From Octopus sinensis (taxonomy: Eukaryota): a stretch of DNA of 64,000 nt. The first letter of the stretch is position 1; each line of letters begins with the position of its first letter. The position numbers and the translations under genes are program-made. The notes under the pieces are model-generated. The model saw only the letters and a program-made list of their open reading frames with translations. It was not told the origin of the DNA and searched no databases. Shown in pieces: positions 53,760 to 64,000 of the stretch. The stretch lies in the NCBI RefSeq assembly GCF_006345805.1, contig NC_043008.1, positions 59,272,001 through 59,336,000 on the forward strand, read 5' to 3'.

Positions 53760-54300
53760 TGAAGAAATTACGGTTTCGTGTTTAACTTTTCAAATTTCTC
53801 AAAACATTGTTATGATTTCGTTAAGAAGTGTAAACAAGAGTTCCAGGTAAGGGGGGGTAATAAGTGATTTCTTCCGGTGTAAGGGAGATAATCGCTTTAT
53901 ATTTCTTGCCTTTTTTAATGGGGCGAGTTTCTCTGTATAAGAATGTTAGAGTGGTTAAGTTTGGGCTTATATTTTTCAATGAAGAATGTTTCCTTGTTTA
54001 GTCTAATTAGTGTTGGTGTTCCAATAGCACAAATTTGTGTACCAGTTTCGCACTGAGGTCGATGTAATCGACTTAATCCCTTTGTCTGTCCTTGTTTGTC
54101 CCCTCTATGTTTAGCCCCTTGTGGGCAATAAAGAAATATATATATTTAGGACTTAAGATTTGTTGCAACTTTGAATGAGTGCCTTAGGTTAAGGTTAAAA
54201 TGATGTTTGAATATAATTTGGGGGACCGGAAATATTTAAATTTATGTTTCAATGTTATGCAGCATCACAGAAATCGTACATGTTTAAAACAATGAAAGCT
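53760..54300 (-). mobile_element. Probable Penelope-like 3' (GIY-YIG C-terminal) remnant interrupted by a SINE A tail (54030-54140)
   Basis: RLNKETFFIEKYKPKLN resembles the E..FI....P.LN end of PLE endonucleases. Confidence 0.5.
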
Positions 54301-54354
54301 AAAAAAACTATTCTAAGAAACTATTTATTTTATATTATGCTAAACTATTCTTTT

Positions 54355-54460
54355 ATTCTTCTATTTGTTTCAGTCATTTGACTGCGGTCATGCTGGGACG
54401 TAAACACACGGAGATGTAAACACACTAACAACGGTAGTCAAGTGATGGGGGGAACAAACA

Positions 54461-54503
<43 letters not shown>

Positions 54504-54758
54504 GCACATGTATGAGTCGTGTTCTGTCCTCACCTTCGAAACACGCTGGAGTTGAACTAGTGACAGCTGATGAAGGGGATTTTTTCCTTGTGTAGTTTAT
54601 CTTGTACTCTGTTTTTTCGTTGCTAAAAAAGGTTCGTTTCCATGTTTGTTTTTACGTTTTCGTTTCTCGTTGAGTTCTACGTCTATTTGTGGTGTCCTGT
54701 ACTCACGTATATATATTTATATATGCATCTATATATACATGTAGATGTAGGTACGTAC

Positions 54759-54791
<33 letters not shown>

Positions 54792-54817
54792 TGTATGCAT
54801 ATATTTTATTTATTACA

Positions 54818-54882
<65 letters not shown>

Positions 54883-55043
54883 ACGGGCTTCTTTCAGTTT
54901 CCGTCGACCAAAACCACTCACCAGGCTTTGGTCGGCCCGAGGCTATAGTAGAAGGCACTTCCCCAGTGTGCCCCGGAGTGGGACTGAACCCAGAACTATG
55001 TGGTTGGGAAGCAAGCTTCTTACCATACAGTCACGCCTGCGCC
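54355..55043. mobile_element. SINE family B (minus) split around a repeat F copy (54525-54800, plus) and microsatellites
   Basis: B tail 54355-54460, B head 54880-55043. Confidence 0.7.
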
Positions 55044-55412
55044 TATATGTTGAGTATTTCTTTTCAGAAGATTTACTATAGCTTAAATAAATTGCTTTGC
55101 AATTTTACCATATATTTCCTGTGTTCTTCAAGGCCAGGTACTGCAACCAGCATAAAATTTAAATCATTCAATACTTCCTTATAAATGTATACGTCAGATC
55201 GATGGTGTACAATAATCAAATGTCTCTTCGGACAGTTCGTAAACACCCGCCCACGTGTGTGCGTGTGTGTATGAGTGTGTGTGAGTGCCTGTGTGTGTGT
55301 ATGCGCGCGCACGTATGAGTATGCAAGCATAGTTGCATTGTTGGTCTCTGTGATTTAACTCTTGACGCATTCCTCCAGTAGACGCTATAGGTTCAACGTA
55401 ATATTCGTATTA

Positions 55413-55805
55413 AGCTGGCAGAAACGTTAGCACGCCGGGCGAAATGCTTAGCGGTAATTCGTCTGTCGTTACGTTCTGAGTTCAAATTCCGCCGAGGTCG
55501 ACTTTGTCTTTCATCCTTTCGGGGTCGATTAAATAAGTACCAGTTACGCACTGGGGGTCGATATAATCGACTTAATCCCTTTGTCTGTCCTTGTTTCTCC
55601 TCTCTGTGTTTAGCCCCTTGTGGGTAGTAAAGAAATAGGTATTTCGTCTGCCGCTACGTTCTGAGTTCAAATTACGCCAAGGTCGACTTTGCCTTTCATC
55701 CTTTCGAGGTTGATAAATTAAGTACCAGTTACGTACTGGGGTCCATCTAATCGACTGGCTTCTTTCCCAAAAATTTCGGGCCTTGTGCCTTTAGTAGAAA
55801 AGAAT
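55413..55805 (+). mobile_element. SINE family A dimer
   Basis: Long-tail unit, restart at about 55638, short tail. Confidence 0.9.
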
Positions 55806-55953
55806 ATTCGTATTAATGGCAATAGTAATATGGTGGCAACACCACCATTGCTGATGCTGATGATGATGATGATGATAATTATGATGATGATGATGATGAT
55901 GATGATGCTACTGCTGTTGCTGCTGCTACAAGCCAGAATTGCTGTTGAATTCC

Positions 55954-55966
55954 ATTGGTGACGTCA
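55954..55966 (+). promoter_or_regulatory. Candidate promoter elements: reverse CCAAT box (ATTGG) abutting a palindromic CRE (TGACGTCA)
   Basis: ATTGG 55954-55958 and TGACGTCA 55959-55966, about 54 bp upstream of the ATG. TGACGTCA also occurs elsewhere in the window (about 7539 and 33597), so motif evidence alone is weak. Confidence 0.35.
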
Positions 55967-56019
55967 CAGTTGAAAGTAAAACTATTTCTGTCCATTGAGA
56001 ATTATTTGAGGTGACCGGC

Positions 56020-58008
56020 ATGGATTCCACAGAGAATGAAAGTGTTTCGGCTTCTGAACGCCTCTGCTCTCAGCGTGAACAAATAGCCGACCAGTCACAA
56101 GATCCAGGCGAAGCAAATGAAGAAGAAGACAAAACTACAGGAGATAATGAAGACAATATTTATCATGAAGAAGGTGAATACGAAAATATTGAAGGGGATG
56201 TTACTGATGATGTGAAAACTAGAGGCGGTTATATTGACGATATGTATTCTCAAAATAGTGATCATGAATATATTGAAGGGGATGTTACTGATGATGTGAA
56301 AACTACAGAAGGTTATAATGACGATATATACTCTCAAAATAGTGATCAGGAAAATATCAAAGGAGATGTTACTGATGATGTGAAAACTACAGAAGGTTTT
56401 TATGACGGTACATATTCGCAAAGCAATGATTATGAGAATATTGAAGGGGATCGTACCGATACTGTGAAAACTGCAGGAGGTTATATTGACGATATATATT
56501 CTCAAAGCAGTGAACAGGAAAATATTGAAGGGGATGTTACTGATGATGTGAAAACTACAGAAGGTTTTTATGACGGTACATATTCGCAAAGCAATGATTA
56601 TGAGAATATTGAAGGGGATCGAACCGATACTGTGAAAACTGCAGGGGGTTATATTGACGATATATATTCTCAAAGCAGTGCACATGAAAATATTGAAGGG
56701 GATGTTACTGATGATGTGAAAACTACAGGCGGTTATAGTGACGATATATACTCTCAAAATAGTGATCATGAAAATATTGAAGAGGATGTTACTGATGATG
56801 TGAAAACTACCGGCAATTATATTGACGATATATCTTCTCAAAGCAGTGATTATGAGAATATTGAAGAGGATGGTACCGATACTGTGAAAGCTACAGGAGA
56901 TAATGATGATATTATATGTTCTCAAAGCATTGATCATGAGAATATTGAAGAGGAGTGTACTGATACGGTGAAAACTACAGGAGATAATGATGATGATATA
57001 CATTCTCGAAGCATTGATCATGGAAACACTGAAGGCTGTGCTACTGTTGACGTGAACGGAAGTCCAAACAATGACCAGTTAAACAAAGGTTCCTCGGATG
57101 TAGACAAAGAGAAATATGGTACGCATGAAGAAGCAGACAATAAGGATGTTTATGAAAATAACAAAATTCAACATGAGAAATTGAATGAAGCAGACGATGT
57201 CACGAATAAGAAAAGATTAATCAAAGGTGGCGAAAGAACTACTTTATCGGTCAATGATGACTTAGATAGGTTTCAAAGTCATGGCGCATATCTAATTTAT
57301 GATATGTTTTATAATCCACAATACAGAATGAACCCAAAACCTGTGTACGATATTGACATAGTTCCGACATCTGAAGGAGCAACTTTGGTAAGTCAAGATC
57401 CTACAATACGCGATCCATCGTGGCATAGTACACCGTATCATCCTTCCCGAGAGTCCTATTTCACTAGAATGTCAGAACAGGAACCCTTGACAGGCGAGAA
57501 ATCATTTCTTCATTCGATTACCGATCGATATACACCTCCTGATTCACTTTTCTATGTAAGCAGCCCTTCAACGTCAGGTCAATATTCTCCTGTGTCAGTA
57601 AGATATATAGATGAATCTCAATATATTACACGCGATGATGATACACCTGAGTCTTACTGCTCGATCTCGACTACAGATGAGGATATACCTGAGTCATACT
57701 ACTCGATTTCGACCACCGATGAGGATATACCTGAGACATACTATTCGTTCCCTACTACTGATGACGATACACCTGAGGCATTCTACTCGATCTCGACTGC
57801 CAATAATGATACACCTGAGGCATTCTACTCGATCTCGACTGCCAATAATGATACACCTGAGGCATTCTACTCGATCTCGACTGCCGATGCGGATACACCT
57901 GAGGCATACTACCCGTTCTCGACTGATAAACCATTTCGCCGAGTTACTTTTAGGTCTCCAGTCGACATAATACCAGTGGATACTCAAAATTCTCCTTTCG
58001 AAATATGA
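56020..58008 (+). CDS. Uncharacterised 662-aa acidic D/E/T/S/Y-rich tandem-repeat protein, apparently single coding exon
   Basis: 1989-nt stop-free ORF in AT-rich DNA; ATG at 56020 with G at -3 and +4; in-frame TGA at 55996 upstream; AATAAA at 58058; no SINEs or microsatellites across about 55930-58440; repeat variants keep the frame. Confidence 0.75.
   Translation: MDSTENESVSASERLCSQREQIADQSQDPGEANEEEDKTTGDNEDNIYHEEGEYENIEGDVTDDVKTRGGYIDDMYSQNSDHEYIEGDVTDDVKTTEGYNDDIYSQNSDQENIKGDVTDDVKTTEGFYDGTYSQSNDYENIEGDRTDTVKTAGGYIDDIYSQSSEQENIEGDVTDDVKTTEGFYDGTYSQSNDYENIEGDRTDTVKTAGGYIDDIYSQSSAHENIEGDVTDDVKTTGGYSDDIYSQNSDHENIEEDVTDDVKTTGNYIDDISSQSSDYENIEEDGTDTVKATGDNDDIICSQSIDHENIEEECTDTVKTTGDNDDDIHSRSIDHGNTEGCATVDVNGSPNNDQLNKGSSDVDKEKYGTHEEADNKDVYENNKIQHEKLNEADDVTNKKRLIKGGERTTLSVNDDLDRFQSHGAYLIYDMFYNPQYRMNPKPVYDIDIVPTSEGATLVSQDPTIRDPSWHSTPYHPSRESYFTRMSEQEPLTGEKSFLHSITDRYTPPDSLFYVSSPSTSGQYSPVSVRYIDESQYITRDDDTPESYCSISTTDEDIPESYYSISTTDEDIPETYYSFPTTDDDTPEAFYSISTANNDTPEAFYSISTANNDTPEAFYSISTADADTPEAYYPFSTDKPFRRVTFRSPVDIIPVDTQNSPFEI
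56182..57021 (+). repeat. Coding minisatellite, 10 x 84 nt (28 aa: ENIEGDVTDDVKTTGGYIDDIYSQSSDH)
   Basis: Read from the translation; units 3-4 and 5-6 are a near-identical 168-nt higher-order duplication. Confidence 0.95.
57634..57927 (+). repeat. Coding minisatellite, 7 x 42 nt (14 aa: DDDTPEAFYSISTA)
   Basis: Read directly from sequence and translation. Confidence 0.95.
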
Positions 58009-58057
58009 GATTCTTCGAGATGAATTCGTAGGGTTATGTTTTTAAGTTTTTCAGGCC

Positions 58058-58063
58058 AATAAA
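58058..58063 (+). terminator. Candidate polyadenylation signal AATAAA
   Basis: 50 bp after the ORF stop; AATAAA is common in AT-rich DNA. Confidence 0.4.
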
Positions 58064-59003
58064 TAAATATTTTGCTGTGAAATAGCAAAAAGATTCTGGA
58101 ATATTGTACAGTTGAAATATTAATTAGTTGCCCAAATATTAATTAGTTCACCAATTAAAATTTTATACGAAAATTAACAATAATGAAACTGATAATTTTA
58201 TTTCCAGTGCTCCAGGCATTCAACATGAAAGAACTAATATGTTCTACATCGACCTATAACTTACTTCCCTCTCCTAAAACTTGTATTTAACTTAGTACTA
58301 AACTCCAAAGTATGTACTAAACTGTAGACTTAACGGTACTTTGACTACATATTAAACTTTATACTAAAACGTAACTTAAACACAATACTACAGCGAAGAT
58401 ACACGGCAAATTAAGATAGTCAACTTTACTTTTGATGAAGGATTGCTTGGAGGAAGGAAATATAGCCGCAGTCTTCGGTGAGATCAACATGTTTAACGTA
58501 TCTCTTGAACAAGTACAAGTCTACCATTGTAGGAAAAGTATGCGCATTGAAAGGATTTTGGAGGCCTGACGTTGTGGGAGAACCAAGCATGGATGGTGGC
58601 TAGGGGAGAGTACATGGTAGTGGATACAATATAGCCGACTAGAGAAAGAGAGACGCTTGCGTTTGGAAGATCTGACAACTTAGCTCCGAGGAACCCTATT
58701 GTCAGCAGTAATCTAAACTGTAGGCAAAATTCTGTACTACCCGGCGCGTGAATGCATTCAGAACGCCTGCTGCGTCCCTTCTCCAGACGGAAGATTCTTA
58801 GTCTGTTCAACGCCGTTGTCTGTTCATCAATGCATCAAGCTGTTTCTGAGAAAAATGACATAAAAAATTGTCCGGTTTAGCTCGATCTCCCGCTCTCCTC
58901 TCTTCTGCTCTCTCTTACTCTCTCCCGCTCTTCTCTCTTCTTTTTCTCTTTCACTTTATCTCTCTCTCTCTCCTTCTCAATACATATATACATACATATA
59001 TAC

Positions 59004-59035
<32 letters not shown>

Positions 59036-59139
59036 TGATAAAAATGGTAAGACAACAAAAGAAAGTAAGAGACCTCGATATTATGTAAAAAGAGGAATTT
59101 ATCTGTAAATGTAATATGTGACAATTATTCGGTAGCCAT

Positions 59140-59200
59140 GATAAAACTCCGAGTTTCGGACGCCAAGGTGGAAATCCACGCCACCATCTCTTCAGTTATC
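59140..59200 (-). ncRNA. Type-I hammerhead-like motif
   Basis: GATAA-CTGAAGA-GATGGTGG..CCACC..CGTCC-GAAA-CTC G GAG-T-T-TTATC: intact core, stem I 5 bp, palindromic stem III; stem II is one base out of register. Confidence 0.5.
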
Positions 59201-59312
59201 CGGCCATTGGAAAAATGCTATGAAAAATGACCTTTATACAAAGGTAAATTACTTTGTGATTGACCATTATTAAGACAAAAGAGCTATTCGAAGGAACTCT
59301 AAGTAAGGGGGT

Positions 59313-59533
59313 AAAAAAGTCCATAGTATTCGCGTAAGCGCGCCTGTTCATACCTACACATGTGCGCGCCTAAAAGTATACATTGTATGTATATATATAT
59401 ACATTTGACGAAGGATGAGAGTGAGGATGTGCACGTTTTCAAGTGAGGGTGAATGAATGTATACTTTTAGGCGCACGCACATGGTTATGCGAGCGCACAT
59501 GTGTAGGTTACACGAATACTATGAACTTTTTTT
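59313..59533. mobile_element. MITE-like inverted repeat
   Basis: AAAAAAGTCCATAGTATTCGCGTAA / TTACACGAATACTATGAACTTTTTT plus inner arms CCTACACATGTGCGC..AAAAGTATACATT. Confidence 0.7.
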
Positions 59534-59823
59534 CCAAATTATTATATCAGCATAATAATATAAGGATGAGATGCGTGCTATTTGGTCTCTAATTTATATG
59601 TTAATGCTTTGGCGTTTCCGCTGATGAGAACTTCGCCTTGCAAATTATTTTATTTGCTAATTAAAGTTCGAAATCTGAGGTCCGGCTATAAAACATGCTA
59701 AATGTTTTTTTTTATTTTTCATTCCCTTCGAAATTGCTCTTAAACTGTGGTTTGGACTCTTTGACTATTATTTCTAGTATGTTAGGCAACTTGTTTAAGG
59801 CTCACCTTTTTGTGTTTAAACAC

Positions 59824-59929
<106 letters not shown>

Positions 59930-59936
59930 TATTCAA

Positions 59937-60128
59937 AGGGCACAATGCATGTCTTTAAGTGATACTAAGAGTTTCATATGTTGAGAAATGTTTCAAACAT
60001 AATTCATTAGGCACTAACCACATAATTTTAGCTCGTTATGATATGTGGTTTGTGCCTGAAGATTATGTTTGAGACATTTCTCACCGTATGAAACTATTAG
60101 TAGCATTGAAAGACATGGATTTTGTCCT
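59937..60128. mobile_element. Hairpin MITE sharing termini with the 17306 mini-element
   Basis: AGGGCACAATGCATGTCTTT.. / ..AAAGACATGGATTTTGTCCT; arms of about 85 bp; degenerate TTAA flanks. Confidence 0.7.
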
Positions 60129-60139
60129 CTAAATAAATA

Positions 60140-60640
60140 CTATTCATCTCTTACCAGACAGAACAGTACATTATATGTGGTGCGCTGGAAGATGGTAAGA
60201 AACCAGCACATAAACCCAAAATGAGATTCAATTGCTGCCTCAGAATTACTCTGACACAGATAGGAATTTCAGTTGTTGATTGGGAGAAGGAGGCATAAGA
60301 CCGAGATGGATGGAGGAGGAGAGTGCACGGTGGTTGTTCGAGATTTGAGGGAGAGAGAATGAAGCATGAGAAGAATAGAAGGCTTAGAAGAAATAAACCC
60401 GTGGAGAATGAGGGAGTGTTGCTTTTAATGTGTGTGGTTTGTGGGAGGATGTGTTTGAGCCATGCGGAGCTGGTCAGCCATCAGAGAACGCAGAGGATTC
60501 AACCCATGGTAAATTGTGATAAGGCTATTGTTCACAACAGAGCGTGTGTAACATGTGGAAAGGTACACCTCTCAGCTGGACGATTGAAAAGGTATGTCAA
60601 AATAGTTCATACTGCGGCACCCAGCCCAGCTGTGCATTAT
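60140..60640 (+). mobile_element. RTE (BovB-like) LINE 3' fragment with C-terminal zinc-finger-like motifs
   Basis: KPKMRF..L...GI...WE..A*DR.GWR..V..G..RFE..R..R.RR then CVVCGRMCLSHAELVSHQR. Confidence 0.75.
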
Positions 60641-61313
60641 GCTATAGAATGTGTAAAACTTTTGCCGGGCTCAAGAGACATACAAGGGCCTCACGTTGCA
60701 TCCTCAGTGATTCGTTTCAATGATTCTTTCAACTAATGGTTCTGCTCGTATACAAGAAACCAGCTAAGATTATGTATATGTATATATATATTCAAATGAA
60801 TATGGTACTTAATTTAGATGCACCAGAATTTTGTATGCTGTTACCCATAAAAATTTGTGGGGTGATTATAATCAAAAATAAGCAACAAGAATGATTCCGG
60901 TAATTTGGTACAATTGTTTCATACTACAACATTTTATTAAAAGCTGTAAATATTACAGCAGATTTAAGATGCTGAGTACTCTTCAGCCAATTTATATAGG
61001 TTTTCCAATAATATAAAAACTTTCAAAACAAGTAGTAACATTTTAGGGAAGGTAAATATACAGATAAAGATGTAGATATACATTTTAGGAACATATGAGG
61101 TTGTGTAGTTCAGTTGCTAACTGACCAAAACTCTGCTTGCATCTGACTGCTATAAGAATTTTTTAGTTTTAAGAATGAGGGTAAGGGGAGGTTTCAGAAT
61201 ACCATAAAAGGAATTCAAGTTGGTTGTAGAACAGAGGGTAAGGAGGATTTCAGAATACCATAAAGGAATTCAAGTTGTCACTAAACAAAAAGCCAATTTT
61301 TCTATGTGGTGAG

Positions 61314-61524
61314 AAGAAATCTTTAAAAATACTTCTTACAGCTGTTTCAGCCTATGGATAAAAGTAGATAATTTTATTGTCATTGCTTATAGGTGTCGAC
61401 ATACTACCCTATTTTTAAATGCCTACAACCTCAGTATCTTGACATCTATAGGCAATGAAAATAAAATTATCTACTTTTATTCATAGACTGAAACAGCTGT
61501 AAGAAGTGTTTTTAAAGATTTCTT
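61314..61524. mobile_element. MITE with 84-bp TIRs
   Basis: Arms 61314-61397 and 61441-61524 (AAGAAATCTTTAAAAATACTTCTTACAGCTGTTTCAG..). Confidence 0.82.
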
Positions 61525-62008
61525 TAATTTATATTATGACTTTTATAATTTGTATTCTTGTCTTATATCTTTGATGTTCTCATTTTGTTAAATGAATAAA
61601 TAATCCAACATTATAATATCCGAAAGTTGATGAACAAACTAAATTTGTTTCTCCATTTTCATATTTGTATTATAAGTTTAAGGTAAAAATATTTCTTTAC
61701 CTTCACCTGTTTAATACAATAAATGAGTTAATTGCATTGCAATTAAAAACATTTATGTATTAAGAACCTGGGTTCTGTACCAACAGTATATTGGATAAAT
61801 GCTATCCCATAGTGGGTTACACCCCTAACTTCTATCTTACTTTGTACTATATGTATGTATGTGTATATATATATATATAAACATGCACAAAACTCACTCA
61901 CAATTTATAGATTCCGCAAAATGAGGCAGAACGAATCATTAAAATCTTTCCGTGCACGCGCGGGTGTTGTGTGTGTGTGTGTAGATATATACATAAATAT
62001 ATAAATGA

Positions 62009-62094
<86 letters not shown>

Positions 62095-62111
62095 CATAAA
62101 TATATAAATGA

Positions 62112-62192
<81 letters not shown>

Positions 62193-62266
62193 CATTAGGA
62201 GAGAGAGGCAATAGATAGACATATAGTCAGAGAGATTGATGAGACAGAGAGAAAGGGGAGAGTGAG

Positions 62267-62317
<51 letters not shown>

Positions 62318-62336
62318 TAGATAGATAGATAGATAT

Positions 62337-62413
<77 letters not shown>

Positions 62414-62627
62414 GTGACAGCTATTGTATTCTCTATATACTGAGATTTTGCCAAATCTTATACAAGTGATTGCGAGAAGTTTTATGAAACACTATGGCGA
62501 TGACAAGAAGTGACAGCTATTAAGAGACACTATTTGAACAGCCAATGTAATTGCGGATTAAAGCAATTGTAACTACTGTCTATTGCGTTGGCTACTATTG
62601 CTTCTGGTATTCTGAAAAGGTTTCATC

Positions 62628-62710
<83 letters not shown>

Positions 62711-62715
62711 TTTTG

Positions 62716-62745
<30 letters not shown>

Positions 62746-62747
<2 letters not shown>

Positions 62748-63008
62748 AGGCGCAATGGCCTAGTGGTTTCGATTCCCAGACCGGGCGTTGTAAGTGTTTA
62801 TTGAGCGAAAACACCTTAAAGCTCCACGAGGCTCCGGCAGGGGGTGGTGATCCCTGCTGTACTCTTTCACCACTCTTTCTCTCACTCTTTCTTCTGTTGG
62901 CCTGCTCGCTTAGCCAGCGGGGTGGCGTCATTCGAAGGCTAAAACAATGCGAACGCATCGTGACCAGCGATGTGTAACAACATCTGATGGCCTGGTCGGT
63001 CACGTGGT

Positions 63009-63015
<7 letters not shown>
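62746..63015 (+). mobile_element. SINE family C (head with an internal deletion)
   Basis: GGAGGCGCAATGGCCTAGTGG-TTTCGATTCCC; third tail type. Confidence 0.8.
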
Positions 63016-63055
<40 letters not shown>

Positions 63056-63642
63056 TATATTATATTATATTATATGACATTATATATTATTAAGGTGAGA
63101 AGGATGGAGATTTAAACGGTGTAAGTTTGAAGAACCAGAATATGAAAGAGAAAACAGGAAAAAAGCAAGAGGTATGGGAGAACTTGTGTTTTGGATCCTT
63201 TGACCGTAATGTCATAAGGCTGAGAGGATAGTGGCCTAGAGTCTGTGGCTCAGCTGCTCAATCCGGAGAGGATAGTTGTTCCCATTTCACCAACAGGGAC
63301 TTATCCTTATATTTACAACTGATGAAAATTTCAGACCTGGAATTCAGCAGTGTGATAGAGTTCTTAGATCTGAAAAGTACCTGTGTTCTTTCATTACCAT
63401 TATCATAATATAATGTAATCGCTGCAAGAGAAAGAAATAAAGACAACAAAATGTTGGGTCGAGCTCAAATAACATATAGACGAGAGCCGAGCGAAATGTC
63501 AATATGAAGAGGTTCTTGAGTAAATGACATTAAAAAAAGATTTTGTTAATCATTACAATAATTAATTATTATGCTATAAAACTTATAGGAAAATAAAGGT
63601 TATAATATAATGAATATTTTAACATAGAGTATATGCAATTTT

Positions 63643-63941
63643 GTGGACGCGCAATAGCCCAGTGGTTAGGGCAGCGGACTCGCGGTCGGAGGATCGTGGT
63701 TTCGATTCCCAGACCGGGCGTTGTGTGTGTTTATTGAGCGAAAACACCTAAAGCTCCACGAGGCTCCGAAAGGGGGTGGTGGTGACCCCTGTTGTACTCT
63801 TTCGCCCCAACTTTCTCTCACTGTTTCTTGAGTAACGCTGCGATGGACTGGCGTACCGTCCAGCTGGGGGGAACACATACGCCCTAGAAACCGGGCTCAT
63901 GAGCCTAGCTAGGCTTGAAAAGGGCGCATAAATAAAACAAA
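63643..63941 (+). mobile_element. SINE with family C head and family D (V-like) tail, 12-bp TSD
   Basis: ATATGCAATTTT at 63631-63642 and 63942-63953. Confidence 0.88.
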
Positions 63942-64000
63942 ATATGCAATTTTAACCAATTGAAGCTCATTTGAGCTCAACCCAACATTTTTTTGGGTCA

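Noticed and set aside
56095-57021. 308-aa hydrophobic antisense ORF
   Set aside because: Shadow of the 84-nt coding repeat; it ends where the array ends and has no independent signals.
58440-58850. Moderately GC-rich stretch, possible LINE fragment or exon
   Set aside because: No motif I could recognise in any frame; left uncalled.
60323-60736. Possible C2H2 zinc-finger host gene
   Set aside because: Continuous with RTE C-terminal motifs upstream, which include a stop; fingers are incomplete.

Overview
Eukaryotic, AT-rich DNA saturated with repeats and microsatellites. The SINE families, (TA)n/(TATC)n/(TATG)n/(AAT)n load and gene style point to an Octopus (coleoid cephalopod) genome; this is inferred from memory, with no database search. 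Two host genes are supported. (1) An SLC22-family (MFS) organic ion transporter on the minus strand: seven coding exons reconstructed by hand (36179 to 5341, 1444 nt, all GT-AG with consistent phases). The TM10-12 exons were not found and probably lie left of base 1. (2) An apparently intronless 662-aa acidic, Tyr-rich ORF on the plus strand (56020-58008). It has 10x28-aa and 7x14-aa repeats, a C-terminal PP1-docking-type RVxF...II motif, an upstream CCAAT+CRE and a downstream AATAAA. The rest is decayed mobile DNA: mariner and maT transposons, two non-autonomous Helitrons, several MITE/foldback elements, CR1-, RTE-, Tx1/L1-, R4/Dong- and Penelope-type retroelement fragments, and dozens of tRNA-derived SINEs. 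The least explained signals are the orphan repeat protein and several minimal type-I hammerhead-ribozyme-like motifs in different repeats, two of them in the arms of a 570-bp inverted repeat. Repeat boundaries are approximate unless a TSD or TIR is quoted.
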